This document shows positions 40,790 through 51,331 of a stretch of 64,000 nucleotides of DNA, piece by piece (the first letter of the stretch is position 1; every line of letters begins with the position of its first letter). This DNA is from Thermoplasmatota archaeon (GTDB lineage: Archaea; Thermoplasmatota; E2; JACPAO01; JAHFTW01), in contig JBFIHX010000003.1 of assembly GCA_041601615.1 (NCBI GenBank), positions 96,001 to 160,000 of the forward strand, given 5' to 3'. The translations under genes and the position numbers were made by a program. The notes under the pieces are model-generated. The model searched no databases, had not been told where the DNA came from, and saw only the letters and a program-made list of their open reading frames with translations.

Positions 40790-42096
40790 AGGTCCTCGCG
40801 CTGCTACTGGTCCTTCTGCTGGCAGCGCCCGTGGCGGTGGCCAACACAAGCGAAGCCCCCCGCGTTGATGTCATCAGCACAGACGAGCCGTTCCGCCTCG
40901 AAGGAACACTGGGTGCCGTGCGCCAATCTCAGTCTGCCTTGACCGAGGCCCCCACCTCCATGCACCTTCTCCTACACGCCGAATCCCTGACGGTCCAGAA
41001 CCGCACCCGCGGCGGTTTCAACGAACTCGTCAGCGTCTCCGGCGACGAAGAAATGGAGACTACCCGATTCCAGGACGCAACCGTCATCGAACACGCGGCT
41101 CGCCAAGGACGGGACGTGTCGATCCACCCCATCGATGCAACGGTCATCCTCGAAGACGAAACAGGAACCTTCTCGCCCAACAGCAAGTCGCACGTGATGG
41201 CCTCCAACAACGTTGTCTTCGACGGCAAACCACTCATCACACCTGTCCACAACAGCACCGAAATCCAAACCACCACTCCCGTCGTCACCGTGCGCGGCGA
41301 CTTCATCGTCAGCCTCTGGGAAATCAGCGTTTGGATCCAAGGCAACCACCGTGGCTGGGACTACTTCTCCGGCGAAACCGACGCCCCCGGAGTCACCAAC
41401 TACACCATCGAAGACGGCATTACGGCGCCCGGCCCAAGCCTCTCCAACTCCACCGAAGTGTACCTCATCGTCCACAACGGCACCCTCCGAATGCAACGGG
41501 CCAACGGCGTTTTTTCTCTGTTTGTCTATGATCCCATTCTCAGCCTCTCCAGCGCAGAACTCTTCGGCGTCTCCGGCAAGCTCCCGGCACAACTGGGCGG
41601 CACCCAAGTGCGCGGCGGCGACCTTCGCCTCGCAGGCGACCTCACCCTGCAGCTCGGTGCCAGCGCCGGCCAACTCTCCTGGGATTTGGAAGGCCAAATC
41701 ACCAATGCAACCCTCAACGGGCAACCACTGGCCGTCGTAGCCCCGCTCCCCGGCGGACGCGCCGTTCGCTCGTGGCTCCCCTGGGCCACCACCGCACTCC
41801 TTCTCGGCATCGCCGCCGCCGGCTTCGTGCCCCTCCACCGTCACAATGCCCGCCGCCGCCTCGAAGACGCAGAACTCCTGTTTGCCGCAGGCCACTTCGA
41901 AGCAGCCGCCGCCGCATCACGGCCACGCATCCTGAGCGGCGTGGGCGCATCCGCCACCGCCATGCGGGTCCAAGCGCTCCTCCACGCTGGCCACATCGAA
42001 GAAGCGCGCCACCTCGCCGCTCGCGCCCGCATCACCGAACCCGGACTGCGAGATCTGGTGCAGCTCTACGTAGGTGACTGGGAGGGCACCGCATGA
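40786..42096 (+). CDS. single-pass membrane protein with conserved extracellular domain and short TPR-like tail (module 2)
   Basis: Signal peptide; GTGA overlap; TM WLPWATTALLLGIAAAGFVP; motifs shared with 20027 and 62350. Confidence 0.75.
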   Translation: MKVLALLLVLLLAAPVAVANTSEAPRVDVISTDEPFRLEGTLGAVRQSQSALTEAPTSMHLLLHAESLTVQNRTRGGFNELVSVSGDEEMETTRFQDATVIEHAARQGRDVSIHPIDATVILEDETGTFSPNSKSHVMASNNVVFDGKPLITPVHNSTEIQTTTPVVTVRGDFIVSLWEISVWIQGNHRGWDYFSGETDAPGVTNYTIEDGITAPGPSLSNSTEVYLIVHNGTLRMQRANGVFSLFVYDPILSLSSAELFGVSGKLPAQLGGTQVRGGDLRLAGDLTLQLGASAGQLSWDLEGQITNATLNGQPLAVVAPLPGGRAVRSWLPWATTALLLGIAAAGFVPLHRHNARRRLEDAELLFAAGHFEAAAAASRPRILSGVGASATAMRVQALLHAGHIEEARHLAARARITEPGLRDLVQLYVGDWEGTA

Positions 42097-42569
42097 CCCA
42101 AGACGCTCGTGCCCGACTCATGTCCTTCCTGGAAGAGCGCCCCGGCAGCTGCCTGCAAGACATCGCCAATTATCTCGGCATCGCCCGCACCAGCGCCATC
42201 CACCACGTCCGCGTCTTGCGCAACGACCGCCAAATCGTCACCCAACGCAAAGGCCGCCGCGTCCTACACTTTCCCACCGCCGTCGACGACCGCGTCCACC
42301 GCACCATCCTCGCCACCTGGCGCCTCGACACCGCACGATCCATCCTCCAAGAACTGGAAAAGGACCCCCGCAGCTCCTGGCGCGCCATTGCCCGCAACCT
42401 CCAGATCACCCCCCGCGCCGTGCGCTGGCACCTACAACGATTGGAAGACGACGGCCTCCTCAGCATCCGCCGCACTCCCGATGGGCTGCGCCACGAAGCC
42501 ATCATTCACCCAGGCGTCCGAACACTACGCCTCAACGAGGACCTTGGAAACTGGCCGCCGGGGCGTTGA
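42093..42569 (+). CDS. double winged helix-turn-helix regulator (module 2)
   Basis: PG..LQDIA..LGI......HHV..L and P......IA..L.I....VRWHL..LE..GL; ATGA overlap. Confidence 0.85.
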   Translation: MTQDARARLMSFLEERPGSCLQDIANYLGIARTSAIHHVRVLRNDRQIVTQRKGRRVLHFPTAVDDRVHRTILATWRLDTARSILQELEKDPRSSWRAIARNLQITPRAVRWHLQRLEDDGLLSIRRTPDGLRHEAIIHPGVRTLRLNEDLGNWPPGR

Positions 42570-42880
42570 AGCGAACGCCGTCTGTGACCGCTCCCCGTCT
42601 GGCCCTGGTGCCATACTTTGGCAACCCCGACCCCCGGTTCGTCGACTTTGTCAACCAACTGCCCAAGCCCTCGGTCGGTCTACTTCGACCACTGCCGTCA
42701 GGCTTGTGCGGCTTCCGCTCCGCTTCAGCCGCCCAAGCCCTCATCCGGGCCGCCGGCGACCCGGAATCCGGCTTGCGCGTGCCTCGCTGCGCTCGCCCCG
42801 CCCAAGCCATCAAATACACCCCGTGTCTCGCGCCGCCCAAGCCCCTCCTGCTACAGGAGTGGCATTATGGGTGATCCCCC

Positions 42881-43198
42881 TTGAAGAGCGAACTGCTGCT
42901 GCGGATCAAGGATGCGGAAACGGCTGCCGCGACACGTATGTCGGAGGCGGAATCGCAGGCGAAAGCGATTCTAGCCGAGGCGCGCCGCCAGGCTGAGACA
43001 GTCCTCATCGAGGGCAAGGCTCAGGCCGACGCCGCATACCACGACCGGATCGCCGAAGTGCGCGCCGAAGCCGAAGAGGAAGCCAAGAAGGCCCTCTCTT
43101 CCGGTAAGCGCCAGGCGACGAACCTCCGAAAGAAGTTCGAGTCCGGCGTCGAGGGCGTCACGGACCGCGTCCTGAAGCTCTTTGAGGAGTCGCTCTAG
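42881..43198 (+). CDS. atpH: A-type ATP synthase subunit H
   Basis: L.RIKDAE coiled coil; first gene of the operon. Confidence 0.8.
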   Translation: MKSELLLRIKDAETAAATRMSEAESQAKAILAEARRQAETVLIEGKAQADAAYHDRIAEVRAEAEEEAKKALSSGKRQATNLRKKFESGVEGVTDRVLKLFEESL

Positions 43199-43199
43199 G

Positions 43200-45473
43200 A
43201 TGTTCAAGCCGGCTCGCATGACCCGCGTTCTCCTGGGCGGTCACAAAGACCACCTGGACGACGTCATTGAAACCCTGCACAAGGAAGGTGCCGTCCACCT
43301 GGAGGACTACGAGGATCCCACGGGCATCACCTCCATTGGCACCCCTCTGCACGCCGGTGACGCACTCAGCGGCCACCTCGTGCACGCCCGCGGGCTCTTG
43401 AAGTCCATCGGCGCCGAGGGCCTCCGCGGCAAGGTCATGCAGCCGAACGACCCCGACGCAATCCTTGCCGAAGCCAGCGCCGCCATCCACCCCGCGATGG
43501 ATGAGCTGACGCAGCTTCGATCCGCTCTGGCCGCCACGGACGCCGAAACAAGCGCCCTTGCTCCCTTTGCATCCCTGGACACCGACCTAGCAATGCTTGG
43601 CGGCGTCTCCTCCATTCGCGGCGTGCTGGACACCGTCCGCGAGGACCCCCGTCCTGCACTCACCGCCGCCGGCATCGAATTCGAAGCCGAACTGGACGGT
43701 CACGCGATCGCTCTGGCCGTTGCTGCCTCGGATGCGGCCGCAACGGACAAAATCCTCTCCAACGCGGGCTTCTCCGCCGCCAACGTGCCCCCCACAACCG
43801 GCACGCCCGCTAAGCGCCTTGCTGAGCTGGCCACAACCGGCAGCGACCTCCTGGCCCAAATTGGCGCCGCCGAAGCCGCCATCGTCGCGCTATGTGAGGA
43901 ATGGGGCCCCCGCCTCGCCGCCCTTGAGCGCCACCTTGCGCAACAAGTCGAAAAGACCCAAGCGCCCCTGTCCTTTGCAGTGACGGAGACCACCTTCCAC
44001 GTTGAAGGCTGGGTGCCCGTCAACAAAGCCAACCGCCTGCAAAACGCACTCGCGGCACGCTACGGCGACAGCATTTACTTCGAATCCCTCGGCGACGCGC
44101 CCCGCGGCCACGAAGACCACGCGCACAGCCACGCAGACGGCGACGACCATGGTCACGACCATGGCCACGACCACGGCGACCACGACCACCACGAGGTCGA
44201 CGCCAAGGACGAGGCGCCCGTACACCTCGAAAACAAGGGACTTGCCAAGCCCTACGAATTCATGCTCGGCCTCCTGGGGCGCCCTCGCTACGGCGAATTG
44301 GACCCCACCAAGCTGATGCTCATCTTCTTCCCCCTGTTCTTCGGCCTCATGGTGGGCGACCTTCTCGTCGGCCTCGCCATCATGGGCGTGGGACAGCTCC
44401 TGAAGACCAAGAAAATCTTCGGCATCGGCGGTCCCGCCGTCGGCCGCGCCCTCGTCATGGGCGGTTTCATGGCCGTCATCGTCGGCGCCTTCGTGTTCGG
44501 AGAAGCGCTCGGTATCCACTTCGTTGTGGATGACCACGCGCTCGAAGAGGGCGAGCCTTCCTGGGAAATGATTCTCGGGCTCGACATTCCCTACGAAGAC
44601 GAACCCCACGGATTCCTCTACAAGACCGGCCACGCGCCCACCGCCGACACCCACGCTCTCGAAGGCGGAACGGCGGCGGCGATGCTCGGAGCCGACCCCA
44701 ATGGCTCCCCTGCCGATCCCCACGGTGGCGCGCCCGACGTGACCACCCAAGCCTCGCACGACACTGGACACGAATCCGCAGACGACGGCCACGGAGCCGA
44801 CGATGAACACAGTGGAGGCATCTTGACCCCCCACAGCGACGTACACCTCAGCGCTGCGGGCTTCGTCAATCTCGGATACTACTCCAAGATCCACGACATC
44901 CAAGCCCTGTTGGTTTGGAGCATCATCATCGCCGTGGTCCACCTTGTGCTGGGCCTCGTGCTCGGTGTGCGCAACGTCGCCGCCAGCCACGGCATCGCCC
45001 TCGCGGTGCAAGAAAAGGTAAGCTGGCTCATCATCCTCGCAAGTGTTCCCGTCGTCCTTCTCGCAGGAGGCAACACAGCCCTGTTGGCAGGAGGCGTAGG
45101 AGCGCTCGTCATCGGCCTCGTTCTGCTCTGGATTGGGACCGCAAAGGTGCTCGGTGTCGGCTTCGTGTCGCTTCTGGAAGTGCTTGGCTTTGCCGGCAAC
45201 ATCCTATCCTACACGCGTCTAGCCGCCATTGGCGCTAGCAAAGCTGGTATGGCCCTGGCCTTCATGGCCATCGGCTTCGATGTCATTGGTGGCGGAAGCT
45301 ATCACAGCATCGCTGGCTGGATCATCTATCTCATCGGTATGGCCGGAATCACGGCTTTGGCCATGCTCTCTGGCGGACTGCAAAGTCTGCGTCTTCAGTT
45401 CGTGGAGTTCTTCGGAAAGTTCTACACGGGCGGGGGGCGCACTTATGGCCCATTCGGGGGTCGCCGCGCCTAG
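43200..45473 (+). CDS. atpI: A-type ATP synthase subunit I (a)
   Basis: MFKPARM, EGWVP, P.Y.ELDPT, FFGLMVGD, NILSYTRLAA, LRLQFVEFF. Confidence 0.95.
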   Translation: MFKPARMTRVLLGGHKDHLDDVIETLHKEGAVHLEDYEDPTGITSIGTPLHAGDALSGHLVHARGLLKSIGAEGLRGKVMQPNDPDAILAEASAAIHPAMDELTQLRSALAATDAETSALAPFASLDTDLAMLGGVSSIRGVLDTVREDPRPALTAAGIEFEAELDGHAIALAVAASDAAATDKILSNAGFSAANVPPTTGTPAKRLAELATTGSDLLAQIGAAEAAIVALCEEWGPRLAALERHLAQQVEKTQAPLSFAVTETTFHVEGWVPVNKANRLQNALAARYGDSIYFESLGDAPRGHEDHAHSHADGDDHGHDHGHDHGDHDHHEVDAKDEAPVHLENKGLAKPYEFMLGLLGRPRYGELDPTKLMLIFFPLFFGLMVGDLLVGLAIMGVGQLLKTKKIFGIGGPAVGRALVMGGFMAVIVGAFVFGEALGIHFVVDDHALEEGEPSWEMILGLDIPYEDEPHGFLYKTGHAPTADTHALEGGTAAAMLGADPNGSPADPHGGAPDVTTQASHDTGHESADDGHGADDEHSGGILTPHSDVHLSAAGFVNLGYYSKIHDIQALLVWSIIIAVVHLVLGLVLGVRNVAASHGIALAVQEKVSWLIILASVPVVLLAGGNTALLAGGVGALVIGLVLLWIGTAKVLGVGFVSLLEVLGFAGNILSYTRLAAIGASKAGMALAFMAIGFDVIGGGSYHSIAGWIIYLIGMAGITALAMLSGGLQSLRLQFVEFFGKFYTGGGRTYGPFGGRRA

Positions 45474-45567
45474 GCCCCTTGGGGCAACCATCCAACTCCC
45501 TTCCCCCTCACTCTTTCCCTCAACGCCCGGAGGTAAAACGGGCACCAAACAAAGGAGAGAAAAAATC

Positions 45568-45792
45568 ATGGCTATCGAAGCAGGCCTCATGGCCATCGGC
45601 GCAGGTCTCGCAGTCGGTCTTGCCGGTATCGGCACCGGTCTCGCCCAGTACAGCATCGGCGCGGCTGCCGTTGGCGCCACCGCCGAAGACGAGAAGAACT
45701 TCGGTAAGGGCCTCGTCCTTACCGTCATTCCTGAGACCATTGTGATCTTCGGTCTCGTCATGGCAATCCTGCTCTGGCTCAAGATCGCCTAG
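45568..45792 (+). CDS. atpK: A-type ATP synthase subunit K (c), single hairpin
   Basis: GAGLAVGLAGIGTG.AQ, IPETIVIFG; AGGAG SD. Confidence 0.95.
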   Translation: MAIEAGLMAIGAGLAVGLAGIGTGLAQYSIGAAAVGATAEDEKNFGKGLVLTVIPETIVIFGLVMAILLWLKIA

Positions 45793-45805
45793 AGAGGAAT
45801 CCACG

Positions 45806-46357
45806 ATGGGACTGGAACAGGTCATCGGTGAAGTCCGCCGCGACGGCGACGCCCGAGCCCAAAAGCTACTCGACGATGCCCGAGCCCAGGCGGCCAAGCT
45901 GGTTGCCGAAGCAGAGGCTCAGGCCGGCTCCTACAGTGAGTCGCGCCTGGCACAGGCCGAAAAAGACGCCGAACAAACGCGTGCGCAAGTGCTCAGCTCT
46001 GCTGGGTTTGCGTCGCGTAAACTCGGTTTGACGGCCGAAGCGCAACTGCGCGACGAACTGCGAACCACGCTGATTGCAGGCTTCACCGCCTTGCCCCAGA
46101 AGGTACGCGACGCGCACGTCAAGAAGCTCCTAGCCACCGCAGCCGATGTGCTTGGCGGCGGCAAGGTCTGGGCGGCAAAGCAGGACGAGAAAGCAGCATC
46201 CGCCGGCAAGTTCACCTTCGCCGGAACGCTGGAAGGGGCAGGAGGCATCATCGCAGAGAGCGACGAAGGCACCCAACGCCTTGACTTGCGCTACGAGACG
46301 CTCCTGAACGACCTGTGGCGCGACGTGTTGCGAGAGGAAGCTGGACTATTCAGTTGA
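45806..46357 (+). CDS. atpE: A-type ATP synthase subunit E
   Basis: MGLE.V, GGII..S..G...LD..YETLL. Confidence 0.9.
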   Translation: MGLEQVIGEVRRDGDARAQKLLDDARAQAAKLVAEAEAQAGSYSESRLAQAEKDAEQTRAQVLSSAGFASRKLGLTAEAQLRDELRTTLIAGFTALPQKVRDAHVKKLLATAADVLGGGKVWAAKQDEKAASAGKFTFAGTLEGAGGIIAESDEGTQRLDLRYETLLNDLWRDVLREEAGLFS

Positions 46358-46365
46358 GGATTACC

Positions 46366-47436
46366 GTGCTGCGCATCAAGGGAAGCAAGAAGACGAACTA
46401 CGCCTACGCCACTGCGCGTGTCCAGGCTCGCCGTTCGAAGCTCATTCCCGAGTCCGAATACGAGAAGCTGCTGAAGATGGACTTGAGTGAAATCACTCGG
46501 TACATCGAGGACTCCACGTACAAGACGGAGGTAGACGAACTGTCTGGGCGCTTCGGTGGCCTAGACCTGCTCGAAGCGGCTTTGACGGTCAACGAAGAGC
46601 GTGCCGATGCGTCGGTCCGCCGCATGGTGGATGGAGAAGGAGGGGCCTTGGTCTCTCTCTGGCTCCAGCGCCACCTCGTCAATGACCTCAAGACTGTTTT
46701 GCGCGGAAAGCAAGGCGGCGCGAGTCGCGAGGAGCTTCTCAAAGAGTTGCTCTTGGAGGACTTGGACACCTACAACGTGTTCCAGCCTCTGCTTGCGGAC
46801 GACGTGCGCACAACGGAGGACATCATCGCGGTGCTCGAACGCCAGGGCCAAGTCGGTTCCGACTGGGCCCGTGTGCTCAAGACCGTGCCGTCCGACTCCG
46901 GTTTGTCCAGCTACGAGGATGCACTCGACAAGGCCTACTACGGTCAACTCGTGGAAAGCCTCGAACAAAGTCGCCAGAAGGGCGCCGATTTGATGCTCGC
47001 TTTCGTGCGCCATGAAATCGACGCCGTCAACCTCCAGAACGCCGCCCGCTGGGTTGCCTCCGGACAAAAGACGGACTTCTCTGCGTATGTGGTTCCCGGC
47101 GGCAAGATTGTCCGCATCAAGGACGCCATGGCCTTGAGCCAAATGGAGGACTTGTCCGCTTTCGTGGAAGGAATCGCAGAACTTGGCTTGCCCCAGTCCC
47201 TCGTGGACGCCTTGCGCGTCGGCGTGGAAGCGGGACGGCTTGCGCCTTTCCAATCTGCCCTGCGCACCTGGCACTTTGCGGAACTTGATCGCCTTGGCCA
47301 CCAAGCCCCGCTCTCCATTGTCCCCATCTTACTCTATCTTGCCCGGAAGCACCGTGAAGTCATGCGCCTGCGCGCACTGGCCCGCGGCCGCGCTGCCGGG
47401 TTGTCGGAAGCACGCCTGAAGGAGTTGATCGCATGA
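46366..47436 (+). CDS. atpC: A-type ATP synthase subunit C
   Basis: NYAYATARV, D..YY, EID..NL, E...LR.LARG. Confidence 0.92.
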   Translation: MLRIKGSKKTNYAYATARVQARRSKLIPESEYEKLLKMDLSEITRYIEDSTYKTEVDELSGRFGGLDLLEAALTVNEERADASVRRMVDGEGGALVSLWLQRHLVNDLKTVLRGKQGGASREELLKELLLEDLDTYNVFQPLLADDVRTTEDIIAVLERQGQVGSDWARVLKTVPSDSGLSSYEDALDKAYYGQLVESLEQSRQKGADLMLAFVRHEIDAVNLQNAARWVASGQKTDFSAYVVPGGKIVRIKDAMALSQMEDLSAFVEGIAELGLPQSLVDALRVGVEAGRLAPFQSALRTWHFAELDRLGHQAPLSIVPILLYLARKHREVMRLRALARGRAAGLSEARLKELIA

Positions 47437-47729
47437 CCGAAATCGCGGTTGTCGGCTCCGAACGGTTCACGCTTGGGTTCCGGCTTGCCGGGATCCGCAA
47501 AGTATGGATCACAGAGGCCTCGGACTTGGAGCGCCACGCGCGCCAGGCCATGGCAGACGAAGATGTTAGCATTCTCGTCATGGAGACCAGCGATGTCTCC
47601 TCGCTCGATGCACGGTTGCGAAACGAACTCGTAACAAGCGTCAAGCCCACCCTCGTCGCCGTAGGGACGGACGAGGACAACACTCTTCGAGAGAAGATCA
47701 AGCAAGCAGTCGGTGTAGACCTATGGTAA
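47433..47729 (+). CDS. atpF: A-type ATP synthase subunit F
   Basis: [26 protein letters not shown]. Confidence 0.93.
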   Translation: MTEIAVVGSERFTLGFRLAGIRKVWITEASDLERHARQAMADEDVSILVMETSDVSSLDARLRNELVTSVKPTLVAVGTDEDNTLREKIKQAVGVDLW

Positions 47730-49492
47730 GCCAGAATGGAACCGTGTACCGCGTCTCCGGTCCTGTCGTGACCGCCAAGGGCATCACGCCCCGCATGTAC
47801 GATATCGTACGCGTGGGCGATGAGCGCCTGATGGGCGAAGTCATCCAGATCGAGGGAGACAAGAGCATCATCCAGGTGTACGAGGACACCTCCGGCGTCA
47901 AGCCTGGCGAACCTGTTGCGAACACGGGTCTGCCGCTCGTCGTCGAATTGGGTCCCGGCCTGATGACCAGCATTTACGATGGAATCCAGCGCCCGCTGGA
48001 GGTCCTCCAGAGCCAAATGGGCGACTTCATCCTTCGTGGTGTGGACGTTCCTGGCCTGGACCACGAGAAAAAGTGGGATTTCACTGCCACCGTCAAGGTA
48101 GGCGACGAAGTCGGCCCCGGCGAGGCCCTCGGCACCGTGCAAGAGACGAGCACCGTCCTGCACACCATCATGCTGCCTCCGGACCAGCCCGCGGGCAAGG
48201 TCAAGAGCATCAAGAGCGGCTCCTACAACGTCGATGAGGTCATTGGTACCCTCGACAACGGCGTCGAGCTTCGCCTGGCCCACAAGTGGCCAGTACGAAA
48301 GCCCCGCCCGTACACCGAGAAGCAGCTGCCAACGATTCCCCTCAACACCGGCATGCGCATCCTGGACGGCTTGTTCCCGATTGCCAAGGGTGGCACCGCT
48401 GCCATTCCAGGTCCCTTCGGATCCGGCAAGACGGTGACCCAGCAATCCCTGGCCAAGTACTCGGACGCACAGGTCGTGGTGTACATCGGTTGCGGCGAAC
48501 GCGGCAACGAGATGACGGAAGTTCTGGACGAGTTCCCGGAGCTTCCTGACCCCACCAACGAAGGTGAGCCCCTGATGGCACGCACCTGCCTCATTGCCAA
48601 CACGAGCAACATGCCCGTGGCGGCCCGTGAAGCAAGCTGCTACACCGGCATCACCATGGCCGAGTACTACCGTGACATGGGCTACGATGTGGCCCTGATG
48701 GCCGACTCGACCTCGCGCTGGGCAGAAGCCATGCGTGAAATCAGCAGCCGTCTCGAAGAAATGCCCGGTGAGGAAGGCTACCCTGCTTACCTCAGTGCCC
48801 GCCTGAGCGAGTTCTACGAACGCGCCGGTCGCTGCACCACACTCAACGGCCGCGAAGGGTCCGTCACCGCCATCGGTGCCGTGTCTCCTGCCGGCGGTGA
48901 CTTCTCCGAACCCGTCACGCAAGCTACCCTGCGCATTGTGAAGGTGTTCTGGGCCCTAGACGCCAAGCTCGCCCAGCGCCGTCACTTCCCCGCCATCAAC
49001 TGGCTCAACTCGTACAGTCTGTACCCCGAATTCTTGACGGAGTACTACGCCGAGCACGCCGCTGAGGACTGGGATGCCACCAAGAGCCACGCCATGGATC
49101 TGCTTCAGAAGGAAGCCGAACTCCAGGAAATCGTGCAGCTCGTCGGTTCCGACGCCCTGCCGCCGGAGCAACAAATCACCCTAGAGACCGCACGTCTTCT
49201 GCGTGAAATCTTCCTGCAACAGAACGGCTTCGACGCAATCGATGCAAGCAGCAACCTCGAGAAGGACTACCTCCTTTGGAAGGCGATTCTGCGCTACGAT
49301 GGCATCGCCCAACAGGCCCTCAAGGACGGCGTACCCGCCAAGGACCTGGTCGGTATGCCCTTCAGCACCGAGCTTGCCCGCAGCCGCTTCGTCGCGGACT
49401 ACAAGGGAGCCATCGAGAAGTCGGTCCAGACCATGGACGCGGACTTCGAGGCCGCTCGCGGCACCACCAAGACCCTGGAGGTCGAAGCCTAA
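47723..49492 (+). CDS. atpA: A-type ATP synthase subunit A (no intein)
   Basis: [36 protein letters not shown]. Confidence 0.98.
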   Translation: MVSQNGTVYRVSGPVVTAKGITPRMYDIVRVGDERLMGEVIQIEGDKSIIQVYEDTSGVKPGEPVANTGLPLVVELGPGLMTSIYDGIQRPLEVLQSQMGDFILRGVDVPGLDHEKKWDFTATVKVGDEVGPGEALGTVQETSTVLHTIMLPPDQPAGKVKSIKSGSYNVDEVIGTLDNGVELRLAHKWPVRKPRPYTEKQLPTIPLNTGMRILDGLFPIAKGGTAAIPGPFGSGKTVTQQSLAKYSDAQVVVYIGCGERGNEMTEVLDEFPELPDPTNEGEPLMARTCLIANTSNMPVAAREASCYTGITMAEYYRDMGYDVALMADSTSRWAEAMREISSRLEEMPGEEGYPAYLSARLSEFYERAGRCTTLNGREGSVTAIGAVSPAGGDFSEPVTQATLRIVKVFWALDAKLAQRRHFPAINWLNSYSLYPEFLTEYYAEHAAEDWDATKSHAMDLLQKEAELQEIVQLVGSDALPPEQQITLETARLLREIFLQQNGFDAIDASSNLEKDYLLWKAILRYDGIAQQALKDGVPAKDLVGMPFSTELARSRFVADYKGAIEKSVQTMDADFEAARGTTKTLEVEA

Positions 49493-50886
49493 TGGCGCAG
49501 AAAGAATACCGCACGATTCGCGGCATCAAAGGCCCGCTCGTGTTCGTCGAGAAGACCCACACGGTCGGCTACGGTGAACTGGTCGAACTGAAGCTGCCCG
49601 ATGGCGCCATGCGCCGCGGCCAAGTGCTCGACACCAGCGAGGACCAAGTGGTTGTCCAGGTGTTCGAGGGCACAGACGGCATCGACAACGACAAGACGAC
49701 GGTGAAGTTCCTCGGCGAAACCATCAAGTTTGGTCTCTCGAAGGAAATTCTCGGGCGTGTTTTCAGTGGCGCCGGCAGCCCCATCGACGGTGGCCCCGAA
49801 ATCATCCCGGACGAGTACCGGGACATTCTCGGCGCTGCCATCAACCCGTACAGCCGTGCCAGCCCCAAGGATTTCATCCAAACCGGCATCAGCACGATCG
49901 ACGGCAACAACAGCCTGGTCCGTGGCCAGAAGCTGCCCATCTTCTCGGGTAGTGGCTTGCCCCACAACGACATTGCGCTGCAAGTGGCCCGTCAAGCCAA
50001 GGTGCGCGGTGGCGACGGTGACTTCGCGGTCGTATTCGCAGCGATGGGTATCACCAACGAGGAAGCCAAGAAGTTCATGAACGAGTTCGAGCGCACCGGT
50101 GCCCTCGAACGCGCAGTCATCTTCCAGAACCTCGCCGACGACCCCGCCGTGGAGCGTCTCCTGACGCCCCGCCTGGCCCTAACCGCCGCTGAGTACCTCG
50201 CCTTCGATCTTGGCTACCACGTGCTCGTTATCTTCACGGATGTTACGAACTACTGTGAAGCTCTGCGTCAGATCGGTGCTGCTCGTGAAGAAGTGCCTGG
50301 TCGCCGTGGCTACCCCGGCTACATGTACACGGACCTAGCGTCCCTGTACGAACGCGCCGGCACCATCAAGGGCCGCCCCGGCTCCGTGACCCAGTTCCCT
50401 ATCCTGACGATGCCGGGCGACGACATCACCCACCCGATTCCCGACTTGTCGGGATACATCACGGAAGGGCAGATTGTCATCTCCCGTGAACTGCACCGCA
50501 AGGGCATCTACCCGCCGATCAACGTGCTTCCCAGCCTCTCCCGGCTGATGAACGCCGGTATCGGTGGCACGAAGACCCGCGACGACCACAAGAAGGTCAG
50601 CGACCAGTGCTACGCTCTCTACGCCGAGGGCCGTGACCTGCGTGGCCTCGTGGCCATTGTCGGCAAGGATGCGCTGTCGAAGCGTGACTTGCAGATTCTG
50701 GAATTCGCGGACTACTTCGAGAACGAGTACGTGCGCCAGGGCAAGGACGAAGACCGCAGCATCGAGGACACCCTCGATCTGGGTTGGAAGCTGCTTGCGA
50801 CCGTCGATCAGTCGATCCTGACTCGGATTGACCAGGAGACGCTCAACAAGTGGCACCCGGACAACCGTCAATCAGTCACGGCATAA
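49492..50886 (+). CDS. atpB: A-type ATP synthase subunit B
   Basis: [43 protein letters not shown]. Confidence 0.98.
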   Translation: MAQKEYRTIRGIKGPLVFVEKTHTVGYGELVELKLPDGAMRRGQVLDTSEDQVVVQVFEGTDGIDNDKTTVKFLGETIKFGLSKEILGRVFSGAGSPIDGGPEIIPDEYRDILGAAINPYSRASPKDFIQTGISTIDGNNSLVRGQKLPIFSGSGLPHNDIALQVARQAKVRGGDGDFAVVFAAMGITNEEAKKFMNEFERTGALERAVIFQNLADDPAVERLLTPRLALTAAEYLAFDLGYHVLVIFTDVTNYCEALRQIGAAREEVPGRRGYPGYMYTDLASLYERAGTIKGRPGSVTQFPILTMPGDDITHPIPDLSGYITEGQIVISRELHRKGIYPPINVLPSLSRLMNAGIGGTKTRDDHKKVSDQCYALYAEGRDLRGLVAIVGKDALSKRDLQILEFADYFENEYVRQGKDEDRSIEDTLDLGWKLLATVDQSILTRIDQETLNKWHPDNRQSVTA

Positions 50887-51030
50887 GCCGAAGATTGCAG
50901 ACGGCCATTCCGCCTCCTCCTTCATCCTCCCTTTTGAACCGATGCGCCGCGCTCCCGGCTCGGCGGCTATTCGGTTTCGTGTTGTCCTCGTACCGAGGAC
51001 GTTCACGAAGTGGCGAAGAGATTCGACTTC

Positions 51031-51285
51031 ATGCGAACCCAAGCCTTCGTGCTGCTCGCCGTAAAGTTGCTCGTGATTGCCTCCTCCGCCGAGGCTGAAC
51101 CTGGCCAGGGTGCCTCTTGAAGGCTCACCGACAACACCCTGTCCAGCATCAGCATTTCCGGCGAACCTACGAACCCGACCATCAGCGTGGACCCCGACCA
51201 GGGCAACAGCATTGAGTGCTATTATGGATGGCGGCAGACCTCCGTCTTCGCCTCGTTCCTTGAGATCGTCGGGCAGACTGAGTAA
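51031..51285 (+). pseudogene. small secreted protein gene interrupted by an in-frame TGA (codon 30)
   Basis: MRTQAFVLLAVKLLVIASSAEA signal peptide; TGA at 51118-51120; frame continues to TAA 51285; absent from the ORF track. Confidence 0.55.
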
Positions 51286-51331
51286 TGACATGGTGAAGTC
51301 GCTCAAGTAACCAAGGAATCTCGGCGAACCC

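Noticed and set aside
47723-49492. Intein in AtpA
   Set aside because: Normal length and an uninterrupted GSGKTV motif.
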